Origin: a virus
Lineage: Duplodnaviria > Caudoviricetes
IMG/VR virus record: IMGVR_UViG_3300020419_001132
DNA length: 64,000 nt
Strand: one strand, 5' to 3'
Shown here: positions 54,901 to 64,000 of the stretch, in pieces
Numbering within the stretch: position 1 is the first letter of the stretch
How the letters are laid out: every line of letters begins with the position of its first letter
Translations under genes and position numbers: made by a program
Notes under the pieces: generated by a model
What the model was told of the DNA's origin: nothing
Database searches by the model: none
Seen by the model: only the letters and a program-made list of their open reading frames with translations

Positions 54901-57900
54901 TGCACGTATTCTACCGCCTGCTTCAGCTAAGTAACCAATGTGTGAATAGTAAGTAAACACAGACACAAGCTCAGCTCTACCATTGTTAGTAATCCAAGCA
55001 CCTATACCATCTGATATAACCTGTGTAAAGTCGTTTGACACGATTGAATCGTTACCACCGTTGTGTAATGCACCATCAATCTTTTGACCTATTGCCGCAT
55101 TACCAAATGTAGTTACGTTTTGTACATACGGTGATCTTTCAGTAATCCATACTCTCTTATCATCTGGTCCCCAACCTGGATCAAGTGATGCATAAGCACC
55201 TGCACTAACTCTGCTAGTACCATATGCGTTTGCTTGTAATAAATCACCATTTAAATCTTTAAGTGATTGTAATCTTAATCCTGTTGCATTTCTCAAGTAG
55301 TACATATCTTCTTCTTGAGATCCCATTACAGCATTAATATAATACCTTGCTGAAAATTTTGATCTGTAGTTTGCTGGTAATACAAGTTCAACATCATGTG
55401 AGAAAGAGCATGTATATGGTCTAGTATAATCTTTAGGATAAACTAGATCCCATTTCATTCCATCTACAATTTCTCTAACGTCTCTTGAACATGCAGTTGT
55501 AAATTGATGATCATATATTGGTTGTACAGTACAATTTGATTGGCTTTCAAGAATTGTTTTCTTAGAACCGCCAGGTGTTTCTGAAATTGTAAACTCGTTA
55601 TCATTTACAACTTCTTTAACATAATAAGTTGTTCCTGCAACTAATCCTAAATCTGATACAGAAGTACTAGAGTCTCCTTCGTCTACAAATTTAACTGCAA
55701 GATGTTCTTCTAACCAAGTTGCGTTTTGAGTCATTACAGAGTTTGCAGTAGAACTTACAAAAGTATGGGTATATCTTTGCCCAACTGGTGATGATCCAAC
55801 GTCAACTGTAATTGTATATGTTGTTGCGGCTCTAACTCTTAATAGTGTATCATGGGCCATATCCGAAACTCTTGGATATGGATGATTACTACTATGACCG
55901 TCGAACGAGCAAGTAAACACTAAGCTATCTTTTTTAATTTTTACATGATCGTTAGTTGTAAGGTTGTGTGCTGTAGGAAATGTTAATACCATTATACCTG
56001 TAGTAGCATTGTAAGTTACTGCATTAGGAGTAAAGTTTCTACCAACACTAATCTGTGAACTTGTAACGTTTGTAGATTCAATGGTAGACTTAAAGTGAGT
56101 ATCTACATAACTAGTTGCTTCTTCAACTAAAAACTCTTTGTTAAGTTCGAGCATTCTTTGAGCCGCAAAATTATTAAGTTCTGAAATTTGTTTATTGTTT
56201 GCTTCGTTACCTGCTCCAAAAATTATGTCTGATATCCATTCCCAAGTAAAGTTTATTCCTGAGACCGCAGTTGCATTAAAGTTAACTTTTTTCAGTGCCG
56301 CTTTTCTTTCAAACTCTAAAGCCGCTAATGAAAAATCTTTTTGACTTCCTATAGTTTTTTTAGATGCAGTATTTCGTAGGTATGCATATGCCGCAAACAT
56401 ACTGGCCATATTTGTACCTAACATGAAATCATATCTACACGCATCCACTATGTATTTTAAATCTCTAGTACACTTTGCATGATCGTATACTAGCTTTTGG
56501 TATGTATCACTTATGTATTGTACAACACCTCTAATAGTTTCTTCTAAATCACTTTCTATGTTAGCAAATGCAGTTTGATATTCAGAATCTGCCCAAGTAA
56601 TTGCAGGGTATGTAATAGGTTTAGCTTGTAATACTAATATGCTATCTGCTACACCACTCACAAATGAGTGTGCTGATGTATTTTGAGATTGGCCAACATT
56701 AACAGTAATTGTTGTCGCTGTTTCTGCTGTAATTCTTAATCTTTTCTTATGTGCTGGATCTGTAGATCTTGGATAATCATGATTTGTTGCATTACCGTCC
56801 ATTGCACAAGTAAATCTAATTGCATTATCAGCAATTCTTACTTCGCCGCCTACTTCTAAATTATGAGCACCAATAGTTACAACCATGTCACCTGTGAAGG
56901 GATTATAAGTTGCGCCTGATGGTGTTCTAGTTTGTAAAACATCAAGTGTAAGATCAACACCTGCTTGTACCGAAGCCGCTTCAGTTGCTGTAGCCGCCGC
57001 TCCGTAAGTTACCTGTGTTTCACTGTTTCCTGTTTGTTTTGTGATTGAACTTTCTTGTACAATGTCGTCTAAGATAGACTTCATGTGTGTATATGCACCT
57101 CTTACAACGGCTGTTCCGCTTCCGTCTACACCGTATGTAAGAATTAAGTCGTCATCGATAAAACTATCTGCAATTCTTGACGCCGCTTGATTACCACCAT
57201 ATAGCACGTCATATGCTAACGCATCAATTAGATATTCTGTATCTCTAGTACACTTTGCAACAGTATGAGAATGACTTCCATGATTGACTGCTACCCAAGC
57301 ATTAACGTCTGCTACTATAAATGCTTTATTTCCTATTAACAAGTTTTTAGCATCAACTTTGTCCTGTACAACACCTGCAGGACTCGGTAATGTCAATGCA
57401 TCAGCTACACCGTCTCCTGGTTTAGTATTTGATAATACACCAAGTTCAATAATATTTGTTACTTCGTTAAATGCTGTAGTAATTCTACTTGAAGCATTAC
57501 TTGATCCAGTTGCACTGGATCCATCAGTTGTGACAGAAACTTTTAACAAATCTCTTGCTTTGTTTATTCCAGCAATAGTTTGTGTCATCTGTGTAGATTG
57601 CGTATATTGTGCGTTTCCTCTTTTATAAGAAATACCTGTATATACAGCATTAAAATTTGTACCCATTGCTACGTCATATTTTAAATCTTTAACAATTTTT
57701 CTAATATCTCTTCTGCAATAGTAGCTTTTATGTCTGTATGTTCCGAAGTTTTCACTAACAAAGTCTATAGCATCTTCAGCAATTTCTACAACAGATTCCC
57801 TAAGACTGTTAGAAGCATCTATTAACGCAGAATTTACTCCTGATGTATCAGGATATGTAATACTTGCGGCTGTTGGACCGTTATTAATAATATCAATTAT

Positions 57901-60690
57901 ACCTTGCATCAAAGTAGCAATAGTACTTGCTACGCCTGATGTACTGTTATTTGATCCTGTCTTTTGAGTGTATAAAGAGTTTAACACAGGACTAAGTGTA
58001 AAGTTTTGTCCTACTGTTTGTAAAATTGTTTTTAAGTAGCCATATGCACCTAGTGTAGCAGTTTTTTCTGTTAAGTTTTGTGATAAAACATTTGTACCAC
58101 TCCAGTATGCTAAACCTGCATTTTGCATTTGCCAGTTTCCGCCATAAGTTAAATCATATGCCAATGCATCTAGTATGTAACAAACATCTCTTCTACATTT
58201 TGTTTTACTATATTTTATTGTTGTATAATTTGCAGAAATATATGAAATAATTTCTTCTTGTAAAAATTCTTTGTTTAACAAGATATTATTTCTAGCATAT
58301 CCTTTAGCTGGAGTTGACATATCATACGCAGGAGTGTAAATGGCCTCAACCATTGTTTGAACACCTTTGTCTATGTTACGTTTTATAACTCTACCTAATA
58401 ATTCTGCAGATTTCTTTTCCTTATGATCTCCGATAGGCCATGTTACATCTTGTGTGTTTGTCATTGTAGCTTTTGTTCCGGTTATGCCTGCTCCAGAAAC
58501 TACATGTCCTACAACTTCTGATAATCTATCAATTGCTTTTAAACTCCATTTTGCATCAACTTTTTCAGTTGCAATAGAGTCTGCTTTTGTTTGTGGACTT
58601 ACACTTACTGCACGAAGTTCGTCACCCATTACACAGCAAAGTGCTGGTACTCTAATAGGTAATACTTCTTTATAAGTTCCAGTTGCTACTCTAACAAGTG
58701 TATTCTTTTCGATTCTTGCTGGAACATTTGTATTAACACCTGCTGTAATAGCATCTGTAATAATTTTAATATTAGCATCTATACCAAGTGCAGTAGAAGT
58801 TCCTTCTGCTATTAATGAAGATTGCTTATATTGTACTACTATAGCTGTTGAATTATCACCGTTCGTTGTTTGATAATTTGTTGAAGGATCTGTTTGTGCT
58901 AAAACATTACCTATAACTGTTAATCCATAATTAATAGCGGCAACCGTTTCTTCTTTTTGTCCTTGCAAATAAAAGTTAGGAGCATTGTCAGTATATTCTA
59001 ACGCTGACTCTCTACTTTTAACATTTCCGCCGTGACACAGATCGTATATAATTGCATCAACAATATACCCCATGTCTCTTTCACATTTTGTTTGTTCGTA
59101 TTTGTAAGAACCTGTAAATGGAGAAATAGTATTAGCTACTTGATATTCTACCCATTCTACAATTTCTCTTTGTATAAAAATTCTGTTTAATTCTAAAAGT
59201 CTTCTTGCTTCTGGATACTTTGTGCCATTTTCAATCTGCATACAAGCAAATCTAATCGTTTTGAACGGAGATTCTATTGTTGTACCTCTAACTGGAGCTT
59301 TTGCATCAACTCCGTTTGGTGAAACATAATACACATCTGGATTTTCTCCAAAATATGTCCATTCTGGAACTCCACTATTTGAAACTCTAAGCACCTGTCC
59401 GTCAGTACCAATAGGCAATCTAGTTGGTCCAGATCCACCATAGTAAACCAAGTCACCTGTAGTTGTAAGTACACTTGTTTCAGATCCTGTAACTAACAAG
59501 TTCCAAAATGTTCCTGTACTATCTAAATCTGGTTTAGAGTTTTGTGCTCCACCGCCTGCACCAGTTCTAGTTTCAGTTGAGTAATCATCGCCTTCTGATA
59601 CATGTGATTTTACACAAACATAAGCATTGGTGCCAAATCTTATAACATCGCCAATGACATAATAAGCATCGTCCATCCACTGGCCTCTAAATTTAAATCC
59701 GTAATTTAGTAAGTCCCAATATGTTGTCCAGTCACCTGCATATCCTGGTTCTTTGTTATTACTATCAGCTTTTGCCATGTATGTATGGCCACCTACAGTA
59801 ACAACATCACCTGTTAAATAATCTTGTGAGGAAGAGTCATCACCCCATATTCCTCTAAAATTCATTCCTTTTGAAAATACTTGCCAGTCTGCTGTACTTG
59901 ATGTACACTTAACATCTGTATTTTGTCTAAGTGCAATATACTGATAGCCGCCCCATCTGACTATATCACCTTTTTGGTAGATTCCTCCAGGCGCCCAAAC
60001 ATTTTCAAATTGAATGCCTTCTACAAACTCGCTCCAATTTGCACTATCCCCAGCAAATGTGCTTGAAGTATGTGCTGATGTTGCAATGTATAGTCCACCA
60101 CCGTATTTTACAACGTCATTTACTTTATATCTTATACCTGTTGCCCAAGCAGTTTTATATTCTACTCCAGGATTAAATGAATCCCATTTTGCTTGGTCAG
60201 CTTCTAATCCGCTTGATGCTGAAGCATTTGATGTATGGTGTGTATTACAAACATAAGTTTGTCCTCCATATCTGACTAAATCGTTTGCTTTATATCTTGT
60301 ATTAGTCGACCAAGTGCTTTTCCAATCAAGCCCTGCGCCAAATAAATCCCAATTAGCTATGTCTGCTTCTAATCCAGCAGTTGCAGAAGAGTTTGAAGTG
60401 TGTACTGCTTTAGCTATATAAAGATTTGCACCGTATTTTACAATATCATTATAAACATAAGAAGTACTTATTGCCCAATCGCCCTTCCATGATTGACCAT
60501 CACTTACTAGATTCCATTTTGTTGGTGAAACATCTAAGTCTGTAAAAAAGTCTGCCGCCGCTGTGTGGCCTGTTACACAAATGTATACCCTGCCTCCAAA
60601 GCGTATAACGTCATCTCTATAATAAGATGTGCCAGTTACCCACGCATCTTTCCAAACAAATCTAATTCTACCTAATTTAAATTCTGCCAT
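51994..60690 (-). CDS. giant (2898 aa) tail fibre/baseplate protein: CBM-like repeats, phycobiliprotein-like repeats, beta-helix, Asp-box propeller
   Basis: Seven N-terminal W...Y..xDxV.[YF]G..Y repeats, six C-x-R-D helical repeats, SPYVQN...NDFTQVISDG segment, SxDxGxTW boxes. Confidence 0.75.
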   Translation of the reverse strand: MAEFKLGRIRFVWKDAWVTGTSYYRDDVIRFGGRVYICVTGHTAAADFFTDLDVSPTKWNLVSDGQSWKGDWAISTSYVYNDIVKYGANLYIAKAVHTSNSSATAGLEADIANWDLFGAGLDWKSTWSTNTRYKANDLVRYGGQTYVCNTHHTSNASASSGLEADQAKWDSFNPGVEYKTAWATGIRYKVNDVVKYGGGLYIATSAHTSSTFAGDSANWSEFVEGIQFENVWAPGGIYQKGDIVRWGGYQYIALRQNTDVKCTSSTADWQVFSKGMNFRGIWGDDSSSQDYLTGDVVTVGGHTYMAKADSNNKEPGYAGDWTTYWDLLNYGFKFRGQWMDDAYYVIGDVIRFGTNAYVCVKSHVSEGDDYSTETRTGAGGGAQNSKPDLDSTGTFWNLLVTGSETSVLTTTGDLVYYGGSGPTRLPIGTDGQVLRVSNSGVPEWTYFGENPDVYYVSPNGVDAKAPVRGTTIESPFKTIRFACMQIENGTKYPEARRLLELNRIFIQREIVEWVEYQVANTISPFTGSYKYEQTKCERDMGYIVDAIIYDLCHGGNVKSRESALEYTDNAPNFYLQGQKEETVAAINYGLTVIGNVLAQTDPSTNYQTTNGDNSTAIVVQYKQSSLIAEGTSTALGIDANIKIITDAITAGVNTNVPARIEKNTLVRVATGTYKEVLPIRVPALCCVMGDELRAVSVSPQTKADSIATEKVDAKWSLKAIDRLSEVVGHVVSGAGITGTKATMTNTQDVTWPIGDHKEKKSAELLGRVIKRNIDKGVQTMVEAIYTPAYDMSTPAKGYARNNILLNKEFLQEEIISYISANYTTIKYSKTKCRRDVCYILDALAYDLTYGGNWQMQNAGLAYWSGTNVLSQNLTEKTATLGAYGYLKTILQTVGQNFTLSPVLNSLYTQKTGSNNSTSGVASTIATLMQGIIDIINNGPTAASITYPDTSGVNSALIDASNSLRESVVEIAEDAIDFVSENFGTYRHKSYYCRRDIRKIVKDLKYDVAMGTNFNAVYTGISYKRGNAQYTQSTQMTQTIAGINKARDLLKVSVTTDGSSATGSSNASSRITTAFNEVTNIIELGVLSNTKPGDGVADALTLPSPAGVVQDKVDAKNLLIGNKAFIVADVNAWVAVNHGSHSHTVAKCTRDTEYLIDALAYDVLYGGNQAASRIADSFIDDDLILTYGVDGSGTAVVRGAYTHMKSILDDIVQESSITKQTGNSETQVTYGAAATATEAASVQAGVDLTLDVLQTRTPSGATYNPFTGDMVVTIGAHNLEVGGEVRIADNAIRFTCAMDGNATNHDYPRSTDPAHKKRLRITAETATTITVNVGQSQNTSAHSFVSGVADSILVLQAKPITYPAITWADSEYQTAFANIESDLEETIRGVVQYISDTYQKLVYDHAKCTRDLKYIVDACRYDFMLGTNMASMFAAYAYLRNTASKKTIGSQKDFSLAALEFERKAALKKVNFNATAVSGINFTWEWISDIIFGAGNEANNKQISELNNFAAQRMLELNKEFLVEEATSYVDTHFKSTIESTNVTSSQISVGRNFTPNAVTYNATTGIMVLTFPTAHNLTTNDHVKIKKDSLVFTCSFDGHSSNHPYPRVSDMAHDTLLRVRAATTYTITVDVGSSPVGQRYTHTFVSSTANSVMTQNATWLEEHLAVKFVDEGDSSTSVSDLGLVAGTTYYVKEVVNDNEFTISETPGGSKKTILESQSNCTVQPIYDHQFTTACSRDVREIVDGMKWDLVYPKDYTRPYTCSFSHDVELVLPANYRSKFSARYYINAVMGSQEEDMYYLRNATGLRLQSLKDLNGDLLQANAYGTSRVSAGAYASLDPGWGPDDKRVWITERSPYVQNVTTFGNAAIGQKIDGALHNGGNDSIVSNDFTQVISDGIGAWITNNGRAELVSVFTYYSHIGYLAEAGGRIRATNGNNSYGTFGSVAEGVDNTEIAVTGIVDNKFQFKATATKVETDGNQPITIEFDHAGNNYTESAIGIFGSGTGAKTEADEFRDNAVNRIRILDLDDSSGDLGGKGYIVTTNTAQTGTTSAITIAATDGRSDSAYVGMRVVITGGQAVGQYGKISTYNSGAKLAAVLKNDGTSGWEHLNPGTPIVAPNATSIYLIEPCIEFSAPPHTSVAQVLGANRNTTDMEYCETANIYSNIQGTETTTAGTSSRFTVYRNTSKYVVTVQNGGTSYARGDTIVIPGTSLGGATPANDLTLTVTSINSTTGAITVVDSDGLGLSGAFLEVASASADVRKSVDFGANWTSATLPGTAPTGSVKLCTGVLNDGSSTERTSSTVIVSQASVSTKPVWYSADNTTWTNANDLPGGPYNSEPHICFGKNKFFLIFEGSRHVFESGDGGATWVQNSNALATTGYTGIAYGAERVVAVRGGTTTAAYAAFNNADTWTTTTLPGTSAWVGVAFGKNRFITIASDDNKAAYSQDRGATWIDATAPSVDGSSIVQYTHIKYGQGLFMAVGPGNASDLEAYNSVSVTEDGANWTTRTAIGDPDGAITGYQAVCFGNPNQVGYWMAKGNGTTEQHIARMQTGVTAIGRAGVASEKIFEVRLVEPGCGYVSGAPTMTITDPNNVFDVQTTVRLGSGCLGNPTFTNRGSGYAAASAELSSTGNNGFADFFQTGTFVAVRQLTERPTPGSNVVFDSIPNQVYKLVNTVTFLGTQDGSYTTFLNVSPNMTHALSPPHGDPTTMRIRYSQVRLTGHDFLDIGTGGFTSTNYPGTPAIAPIPAQETNQNNGGRVFFTSTDQDGNFRVGDLFNVEQATGVATLNADAFNIAGLQELSLGEVTLGGNSAAVSEFSTDQFMTANSDSVVPTQRAVKAYIEAQIGGGGASLNVNTVTAGDIFIGTNQITTVTGTTININATVNFKGGVVGLPLAINYMLR

Positions 60691-60709
60691 TTAATTGCTC
60701 CAACTGTAA

Positions 60710-60717
60710 TATTTATC
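60710..60717 (-). promoter_or_regulatory. late promoter box GATAAATA
   Basis: TATTTATC on plus, upstream of a GGAG SD and the ATG at 60690. Confidence 0.6.
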
Positions 60718-60737
60718 AATATCGAAAAACAACATAC

Positions 60738-63700
60738 TTAATCTTCCTTCAAAAATAGTCGCATTGCGAGTGGCATTCCAGTAACTCCTGCATATTGTCC
60801 TGCAAAATTTGTAGTTTTCGGAAATTGTATTTCAAACGCTGTTCCCGGCACAGTTCCACTTACGAGTCCGCCATCTCCAGTATGTTGAATAATATCATTT
60901 TCACCGCCTATTTTAACTAAACCTGCTGTTAAGTCATTAGTTTCTATTTCTGATCCACCTTCTGACAATCGTGTTGCTAAGAAAGTTACGACTGCTTTTT
61001 GCGTAGGCACAATGTTATTAGAATCTTCAATAAACAATGGGTCTGTAGAAAATTCTCTAACTACAGTACCACTACCGCCTAATCTAACGCCGCCGAGTGC
61101 TAATTCAGAAAGCCCGTCTAGGTCAAAGAAATCAGCACTAATTGTTACGATGCCAGTTCCTTGTTCAACACTGAACAATTCACCAGCCCTAAAGTTACCA
61201 TCTTGGTCTGTTGATGTATAAAACACCCTTCCACCATCGTCTTCATAAGTTTCATTTTCTGGATAAACATCATATACATTTCCAGCAACATACAGTTCAG
61301 GATAATTTGTTTGTGTAAAGTTACCACTGCCTATGTCAAGAAGATCATGTCCAGAAATTCTACACTGACTATATAGTTCTCTAATTGAAACTGCTGTTCC
61401 GTGAGCTAAATTATCTGAATTTTCCAACTTTGGTGATATCCTAAATAATACTCTTTTAGTTCCATTACCAGACCCGTCATCTCCAAGCTCGGTGACTTTC
61501 ACTGCTGTAAACGCTCTTAGATCTGTTAAATCTTCTGTCGTATCAGTATTCATTACTCCGGTAATAGATATTTGTGCTCCAGGTCCTGGATAAGCTCCTG
61601 ATAATCCTACAACAGTTAAGTCAGTTGAGTTAGATGGTATCTTATCTGCATATCCGTCACCTGTTAAAGTAACAGTTGTTGTACTAGTTCTATAACCTAT
61701 ACCTCTGTTTATAAAGGTTGGTTGTGCAAGTACGCCATCACCTATTCTCATCTGTACCTGAGCGTCTGTTGTTCCTTTGTTGTCAAAAATAGTTAAAGTT
61801 GGCGCACTAGTGTATCCTGAACCAGGATCCCAAATCTTTAAGAAACCAATTACTCCAGTTGATATATTTGCTATAACTTTTGCTTTTGCTCCTTGTCCTA
61901 CTGCTAATGCAGTATTGCCGCCTTTTGCTAATACAAGCCAATTTTTATTATACTTGCCATATGCACAAGAACTAAACTTATTCGAAAATGTTAAATCACG
62001 TTTGGTCCATGTATATCCATCAGGTGATGATGCCGCTATGGTAGTTGGTCCTGTTGTTGCATCTCCTGCTATAATTCTATTTCCAGTATCACACACAGCA
62101 AAAAATACCCCGTTTCCGTATCTTACTTTGTTCCAATTCATGTGTGTAGAATCATCTAGGTTTGGCATGTTAGATGTCTGCCATGTTTCCGTTACCGGAT
62201 CTCCAATGCAGTATATTGCTTGACCAGTATTTTTTGATACTGCTACAAATCTTCCATTACCAAAAGTTAAGTTACACCAGTCATATGCTCCGCCTGGCGT
62301 TGGAAGTTTATCTTCTGTCACTGTCCAAGTAATTCCATCACTAGATGTTGCAATAGCTCTGTCACTTCCAGATAATGCAACCCATTTTCCGTAACCATAA
62401 CTTACACCTTGCCACTGTTTGGAAGATGATGATAAGTCATCTGATGTACTTGCTGGAATACTGGTTTGAGCCCATGTAGTTCCGTTAGCACTATAAAATA
62501 CTCTATTATCATCTTCGCACACTATGATAAATTGTCCATTGGCATAATGTATATCTTTTAGTGGTGCCGAAGAAGGTAGTGTTGTCACAGCCCATGTTTT
62601 TCCTGTTCGACTATAATTTATAACATCAGTAACAGTATTTGATATCGCAACAAATGTTGTTCCGCCGTGTGCTATAGTCTTCCATGTTTGCGTTGATGCA
62701 GTAAATATTTCACTCCAGGATGTTCCGTCATCGGAGTATGCACTATAATTACCTTCAGCTACTGCTAACCATCTTCCTGCAAATCCAGATCCTTGTACAG
62801 TTACAGTAACAATACTGTTTGTACTATCATCAGAAACTGATGCAACTCTTATTATACAATCGTTTGTAGGACTAGTTCCACCTAATGCTGTTCCTGCAAT
62901 AGTAGTAGTATCACCAACTGCATATCCAATTCCAGTACTCTGTAAAACCGCTGTGTATGTAGCACCAGTTTTAATTATTCTAATAACAGCCGGAGCAGGA
63001 GTTGTATCTATAGTTGTTCCAGTACCTGTACTCATCACATTATTATCATATTGTTCTCTTGTCTCTCCCCATGCCGCGTCAACCCATTCCTTAGGTGATG
63101 TAGGCATTGAATTAGGTAATGTTCTAGTATTAACTGTAAACGGTGGTTCAGATACTGTTATCCTTGGTTGAATTCTATATTGTGTATTTGTTTGTAATGA
63201 TGCTGAAATTTCAAATCCAGGAATAATATGATCCCATCCTGCAGTACCGTCTGTGTGTTTATATATTTGTGCTACTTTTGTACTATCGTTGTATGCTTGT
63301 ATATAACCATATTGTCCTGTTCCTACACCAGAGGTTAAAACTATAAGTTGTCCTATGTAATCTGCTGTTACAGCTGAATCATTACTTGCAAGTGTAATAC
63401 TTGTTGTATTTCCTGTTTGTGCATTGTTACCTACATTTGTATAGTTTGCACCACCTATGTTAGCACTATCGTCTGCTTGTATTAATCTTGCTTCGAATAA
63501 TGAGTCGTCTCTAATATCGTCAAATGATGTGTTTACAAAATTTCCAGAACCAACTACATTGATTGATGCAGAGGTATAATTTTCTCCACAATGTCTATAT
63601 TCAAATGCAAGTATTTTATCTGTAACTTCTCCAGCAAACGCAAATGCAACTTCGGCTTCGTTGTTTCTATTATCAACAGTTGCAGTTTTAGGAGTTTCTG

Positions 63701-64000
63701 TAGAATCAATTCCTAATGCTACTGATCCATAATTTCCGTATGAGTTGTTACCGTTAGTAGCTCTTATCTTTCCGCCTGCTTCAGCTAAGTACCCCATGTG
63801 TGCATAATACGTAAACACAGAAACAAGTTCTGCTCTACCATTGTTAGTTATATGAGCTCCTAGGCCATCTGATATAACCTGTGTAAAGTCGTTTGATACC
63901 ATTGACTTGTTACCACCGTTATGCAAAGCACCGTCAATTTTTTGTCCTGTACATGCTGTACCGATTGTTGTTACACCCTGTATATAGGGTGATCTTGTAG
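60738..64000 (-). CDS. second giant fibre/baseplate protein, paralogue of 51994-60690; C-terminal part only
   Basis: The frame is open from the window end (TRSPYIQGVTTIGTACTGQKIDGALHNGG...); shares NDFTQVISDG, RATNGNNSYG and TSTDQDGNFR with the 2898-aa protein. Confidence 0.8.
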   Translation of the reverse strand, partial: TRSPYIQGVTTIGTACTGQKIDGALHNGGNKSMVSNDFTQVISDGLGAHITNNGRAELVSVFTYYAHMGYLAEAGGKIRATNGNNSYGNYGSVALGIDSTETPKTATVDNRNNEAEVAFAFAGEVTDKILAFEYRHCGENYTSASINVVGSGNFVNTSFDDIRDDSLFEARLIQADDSANIGGANYTNVGNNAQTGNTTSITLASNDSAVTADYIGQLIVLTSGVGTGQYGYIQAYNDSTKVAQIYKHTDGTAGWDHIIPGFEISASLQTNTQYRIQPRITVSEPPFTVNTRTLPNSMPTSPKEWVDAAWGETREQYDNNVMSTGTGTTIDTTPAPAVIRIIKTGATYTAVLQSTGIGYAVGDTTTIAGTALGGTSPTNDCIIRVASVSDDSTNSIVTVTVQGSGFAGRWLAVAEGNYSAYSDDGTSWSEIFTASTQTWKTIAHGGTTFVAISNTVTDVINYSRTGKTWAVTTLPSSAPLKDIHYANGQFIIVCEDDNRVFYSANGTTWAQTSIPASTSDDLSSSSKQWQGVSYGYGKWVALSGSDRAIATSSDGITWTVTEDKLPTPGGAYDWCNLTFGNGRFVAVSKNTGQAIYCIGDPVTETWQTSNMPNLDDSTHMNWNKVRYGNGVFFAVCDTGNRIIAGDATTGPTTIAASSPDGYTWTKRDLTFSNKFSSCAYGKYNKNWLVLAKGGNTALAVGQGAKAKVIANISTGVIGFLKIWDPGSGYTSAPTLTIFDNKGTTDAQVQMRIGDGVLAQPTFINRGIGYRTSTTTVTLTGDGYADKIPSNSTDLTVVGLSGAYPGPGAQISITGVMNTDTTEDLTDLRAFTAVKVTELGDDGSGNGTKRVLFRISPKLENSDNLAHGTAVSIRELYSQCRISGHDLLDIGSGNFTQTNYPELYVAGNVYDVYPENETYEDDGGRVFYTSTDQDGNFRAGELFSVEQGTGIVTISADFFDLDGLSELALGGVRLGGSGTVVREFSTDPLFIEDSNNIVPTQKAVVTFLATRLSEGGSEIETNDLTAGLVKIGGENDIIQHTGDGGLVSGTVPGTAFEIQFPKTTNFAGQYAGVTGMPLAMRLFLKED

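Noticed and set aside
1-64000. Stop-codon reassignment as in some large phages
   Set aside because: Core genes, including a 2898-aa ORF, are intact under the standard bacterial code, coding density is high, and TAA, TAG and TGA all occur at plausible gene ends
1-64000. tRNA or other structured RNA genes
   Set aside because: Intergenic gaps are short and accounted for by promoters, terminators or a small ORF; no cloverleaf was recognised, but tRNAscan/Infernal were not run

Overview
A 64-kb segment of an AT-rich, large T4-related myovirus genome, with no host-chromosome signature; a marine phage of an alphaproteobacterial host is inferred. Most genes are on the minus strand. The window holds a sugar/methyl modification module, a recombination module (uvsY, uvsX, gp32), terminase large and small subunits, head completion gp4, tail tube and sheath, neck and tail-terminator genes (gp13/14/15), a dNMP kinase, and a long tail-fibre region ending in two giant paralogous fibre/baseplate proteins (the last is cut by the window edge). 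Accessory content stands out in five places: (1) a purine-scavenging operon (xanthine/guanine PRTase-like, BMP-family binding protein, IPNS-like 2OG oxygenase, apt); (2) a roughly 13-kb block of 3 flavin-dependent halogenases and 11 Fe(II)/2OG or JmjC oxygenases, with late-type TAANTA promoter boxes, sitting among fibre genes next to three His/Gly-rich paralogues and an S8 protease; (3) six phycobiliprotein-like C-x-R-D repeats in the 2898-aa virion protein; (4) an annexin-like repeat and a peptidoglycan-binding domain in a putative internal head protein; (5) a TMEM65-like mini membrane protein and cupredoxin-like CxxHxxM modules. No tRNA, rRNA, CRISPR array, intron or intein was recognised. 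All family assignments come from motifs read by eye, not from database searches.
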